Below are positions 61,011 to 64,000 of a stretch of DNA of 64,000 nucleotides, in pieces. The stretch's first letter is position 1, and each line of letters opens with the position of its first letter. The stretch lies in assembly GCA_963827165.1 (NCBI GenBank), contig CAWGZR010000003.1:32001-96000 (forward strand). The letters run 5' to 3'. The position numbers were made by a program, and so were the translations under genes. The notes below the pieces were generated by a model. That model was not told where the DNA came from. It searched no databases and saw only the letters and a list, made by a program, of their open reading frames with translations. This DNA is from Candidatus Bathyarchaeota archaeon. GTDB lineage: Archaea > Thermoproteota > Bathyarchaeia > Bathyarchaeales > Bathycorpusculaceae.

Positions 61011-63183
61011 CTTTAGTTCCTTCAGCCGGAATAATGTTTGCTGCTTGCTGTCCGGCGGCAGGCAAATACATTTCGCGATTATACTCTTCCATCATTCGGC
61101 AGGCGTTAAACGCCGGCGTCACCGTTTTGATCGCTTCTTTCACCATCTGCATCCACCTGTGAGGGACCCCTTTGCGATCACGATCGTAGAACATCGGGAC
61201 AATCTCGTTTTCCAATAGACTATATAGTGATTCCGCGTCTTTTCTGTCTTCTTCTGCAGGATTATCAACCTCAAGGTCTCCTATCGCCCACCCGTTTTTG
61301 CCGTTGTATGCCTCATCCCACCATCCGTCGCGTACGCTCAAGTTAAGAACGCCGTTCATGGATGCTTTCATGCCGCTTGTTCCGCATGCCTCTTGTAGCC
61401 TCCTGGGATTGTTCAGCCAGATGTCAACGCCGCGTACTAGTTCGCGTGCAACATTAAGGTCGTAGTCTTCGACAAAAGCGATCCGACCCTGAAACCCTCT
61501 GTCCAAAGCCGCCGAATAAACCTGCTTGAGAAGGATCTTTGATTGGTAATCCGCCGGATGAGATTTTCCTGCGAAAACTAGCTGGACTGGTCTCTCGGGG
61601 TTAGTTATAATGCGTTTAAGCCTCTCGGTGTTGGAGAGGATCAGATATGGTCTTTTATACGCGGTGAATCGGCGCACAAAAGCGAGGGTTAAAGCATAAG
61701 GGTCAAGCAACGAACCCATGGCGATGACTTGTTGCGTAGTCACTTGGTCCTGGGTCCACCGTTGCTGCGCTCGATCCTGAATCGCAGTTATTAGTTTCCT
61801 CTTCAGGTTCTGACGAATCTGCCAAAGTTCATCATCCGATACGGTATCGAGGCAGCTCCAATATTCCTTGTTATCTTGATCCTCAACCCATTTGGAATCA
61901 AGGTATTTTTGGCAAAGCGACCCGACTTCAGGCGACTGCCACGTAGGAAGATGCACACCGTTCGTAACAGATTTAATTGGCACATCATCCTCCCTTTTGT
62001 CTGGCCAAAGCCCCTGCCACATGCGCCTCGTGACTCTGCCATGCAGCTTAGATACCGCATTAGCTTGCCCAGCTAAACGAAAAGCAAAAGCCGTAAGATT
62101 GAAGCTTTCCGCGCCTGACATGTCGGATTGACCAAGTTTAAGGAAGACATCTCGGTTTACTCCGAGGGGTTCCCAAAGGCTGCCGGCGTAGCGATCCATT
62201 AGCTGATATGAGAAGACGTGGTGTCCTGCGGCAACTGGAGTGTGAGTTGTGAAAACCGTGCTTTTGCGGACGTTTTCTATCGCTGCTTCCAGTGAGGCAC
62301 CGTTTGCACGCTCCAGCCTGAGCCGCTCAAGCATCATAAACGCAGTGTGGTCTTCGTTAGCGTGCCAAACGACGGGTTCGATGTGGAGTTCCCGAAGAGC
62401 CCGCACTCCGCCGACGCCTAAAACAATTAGCTGCCGCAAACGCTCCTCTTGGTCAGCTGTGTACAGCCGCGCCGAAAGCATCTTGTCTTCAGGCCTGTTT
62501 TCATCCACGTTCGTATCCATTAAGTACATGTTCACGCGACCAACATGCGCTTCCCAAATCTTAACGTAAACCAAGCGATCGGCAAGTTGAACTGGAATGA
62601 GCGGACCGCAACCGTATGGCCAAGCACACGGTGAAATCGGTGCGTCGTCAAAATCTAGTTGCATGTAAATTTCTTGTTGGTCCCCTTGAGGAGAAATTTG
62701 CTGGCGAAAGTAGCCTTGAGGATACATGAATCCAACTGCTACCACTGGCAAACCACGGTCTGAAGATTCCTTGCAGATGTCCCCAGCCAATACGCCTAAA
62801 CCGCCAGCGTAAATCGGCAATGAATAATGGATGGCATATTCAGCTGAGAAATAAGCGATTTGCCTTGGTCTATCCATTTTTATGTCGCCACACCATTCGT
62901 GGCCTTTTGTCATCTCTTCATCGAACTTTGCCATCACTGTGTCGTAGAGCTCGAGAAAAGCTGGGTCCCTGCTCGCCGCCTCCAAATCCTGAGTTTTCAT
63001 ACTACGTAACTGCTTTACCGGGTTGTGCCCGCTGGTTCTCCAAAGCGCATAGTCAAGCGCACGAAAAATTTCGCGCCCCTCCTCATGCCAACTCCACCAC
63101 AGGTTATTAGCAAGCTCGAATAGTCTGCCGATTCGCAAAGGCAGCTTCAACGGCGGTGCTTCTTCAGGGTAATTTGGTATCAT
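60994..63183 (-). CDS. glgP: Alpha-glucan (glycogen) phosphorylase, second copy
   Basis: AYFSAEY, YAGGLGVLAGD, RRFTAYKR, EACGTSGMK. Confidence 0.95.
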   Translation of the reverse strand: MIPNYPEEAPPLKLPLRIGRLFELANNLWWSWHEEGREIFRALDYALWRTSGHNPVKQLRSMKTQDLEAASRDPAFLELYDTVMAKFDEEMTKGHEWCGDIKMDRPRQIAYFSAEYAIHYSLPIYAGGLGVLAGDICKESSDRGLPVVAVGFMYPQGYFRQQISPQGDQQEIYMQLDFDDAPISPCAWPYGCGPLIPVQLADRLVYVKIWEAHVGRVNMYLMDTNVDENRPEDKMLSARLYTADQEERLRQLIVLGVGGVRALRELHIEPVVWHANEDHTAFMMLERLRLERANGASLEAAIENVRKSTVFTTHTPVAAGHHVFSYQLMDRYAGSLWEPLGVNRDVFLKLGQSDMSGAESFNLTAFAFRLAGQANAVSKLHGRVTRRMWQGLWPDKREDDVPIKSVTNGVHLPTWQSPEVGSLCQKYLDSKWVEDQDNKEYWSCLDTVSDDELWQIRQNLKRKLITAIQDRAQQRWTQDQVTTQQVIAMGSLLDPYALTLAFVRRFTAYKRPYLILSNTERLKRIITNPERPVQLVFAGKSHPADYQSKILLKQVYSAALDRGFQGRIAFVEDYDLNVARELVRGVDIWLNNPRRLQEACGTSGMKASMNGVLNLSVRDGWWDEAYNGKNGWAIGDLEVDNPAEEDRKDAESLYSLLENEIVPMFYDRDRKGVPHRWMQMVKEAIKTVTPAFNACRMMEEYNREMYLPAAGQQAANIIPAEGTKVGETK

Positions 63184-63388
63184 GCGGTCAATATCCTCAG
63201 GTCACATGGTTTCTTCTTTGATCACAATTAAAAAAGTCAAAATGTTGACTCCTAACTTATTATTCGAAACGCCAATTAATATACGTGCTGACTTTTCGTC
63301 ACCATGCATTTTCCTATTTTTGGTCAACGGTAACTTGGCAAAAAAGTTAAAAACTCTTTTCATAATGTTTTTTAAAGGTGATTTTTTT

Positions 63389-63784
63389 ATGGAATCAAAA
63401 GTAAGAAACACAAAACAAAAAATGATTATTCCAGCATCGCCTAAAGAAGTTTATGATGCCTATGTCGACCCGAAAAAACGTAGCAAGTTTACAGGATACA
63501 AAGCCTCTGGTAAACCTGTGGTTGGCGGTAAATTCACTGGGATAGATGAGCACATTTCTGGGAAGTTCCTAGAGCTAGAGGATGGAAAACGGGTAGTTGT
63601 GGAATGGAAATCCATCGATTACGATTATGGCCCTTCAAAGTTAGAATTATGTTTTAATAAAGTGCCTGAAGGAACAGAACTCGTTATTGCATTGTCGAAC
63701 GTCCCAGAAGACCAAATTAATGAGGCCGCCGATGCTTGGAAAGAATATTGGTGGAACCCGCTAAAAAAATACTTTAGCAAATAA
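63389..63784 (+). CDS. SRPBCC/AHSA1-like domain protein
   Basis: ASPKEVYDA, VGGKF, GKFLEL..GKRVV.EW, W.EYWW.PLK.YF. Confidence 0.85.
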   Translation: MESKVRNTKQKMIIPASPKEVYDAYVDPKKRSKFTGYKASGKPVVGGKFTGIDEHISGKFLELEDGKRVVVEWKSIDYDYGPSKLELCFNKVPEGTELVIALSNVPEDQINEAADAWKEYWWNPLKKYFSK

Positions 63785-64000
63785 ACTAAAACTTAATGCA
63801 CGGGTTCCCTTCAAAAGGTGGAAAGGGATAGAAAAAAATCTCCAATCCTGTTTAGATCGGTGCCAGCATTAGTAGGGATTAGTTAGGGTCGGCTGTTTGC
63901 AGTGTTGCGCCGATTTTCAATGCGACTCTTGCCAGCAAGCCTCAGCTTGGGGTCTGTCAATTTTCAATCTTCATCTTTCCCAATCAGACTGGGACGGCGA

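Overview
Archaeal window. It is most likely Bathyarchaeia; this is inferred from the TATA-type promoters, archaeal-type PGK and TIM, aRF1, CdvB/Snf7, eL22-like, DUF5752-like and NosD-type surface proteins. It has two accessory blocks. Block 1 (~0.4-42 kb) is a patchwork island. It encodes every step from glycogen to pyruvate/lactate (glgP, debranching enzyme, GT4 synthase, pgm, pgi, pfkA, class I fba, tpiA, type I gap, pgk, gpmA, eno, pyk, ppsA, D-LDH). It also carries a proton/acid-export module (two P3A-type H+-ATPases, one fused to a DUF5752-like domain, plus NhaP, ClC and SatP) and unusual translation-related genes (an aRF1 paralog with GGQ, NIKS, YxCxxxF and GTS all altered, an eL22-like gene and a DCD-domain protein). 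The island contains gene stubs, two IS elements with intact ends and two tRNA 3'-end fragments. Block 2 (~46-60 kb) is an envelope-stress-like cluster: ESCRT-III, two HtrA, BlaI/M56 peptidase with three visible palindromic operators, two ArsR-type regulators, a MacB-like ABC system and a GT-C glycosyltransferase. A second glgP coupled to a kinase-less PAS protein follows. No rRNA, intact tRNA or CRISPR array was seen. All calls come from motif recognition by eye; no database searches were run.
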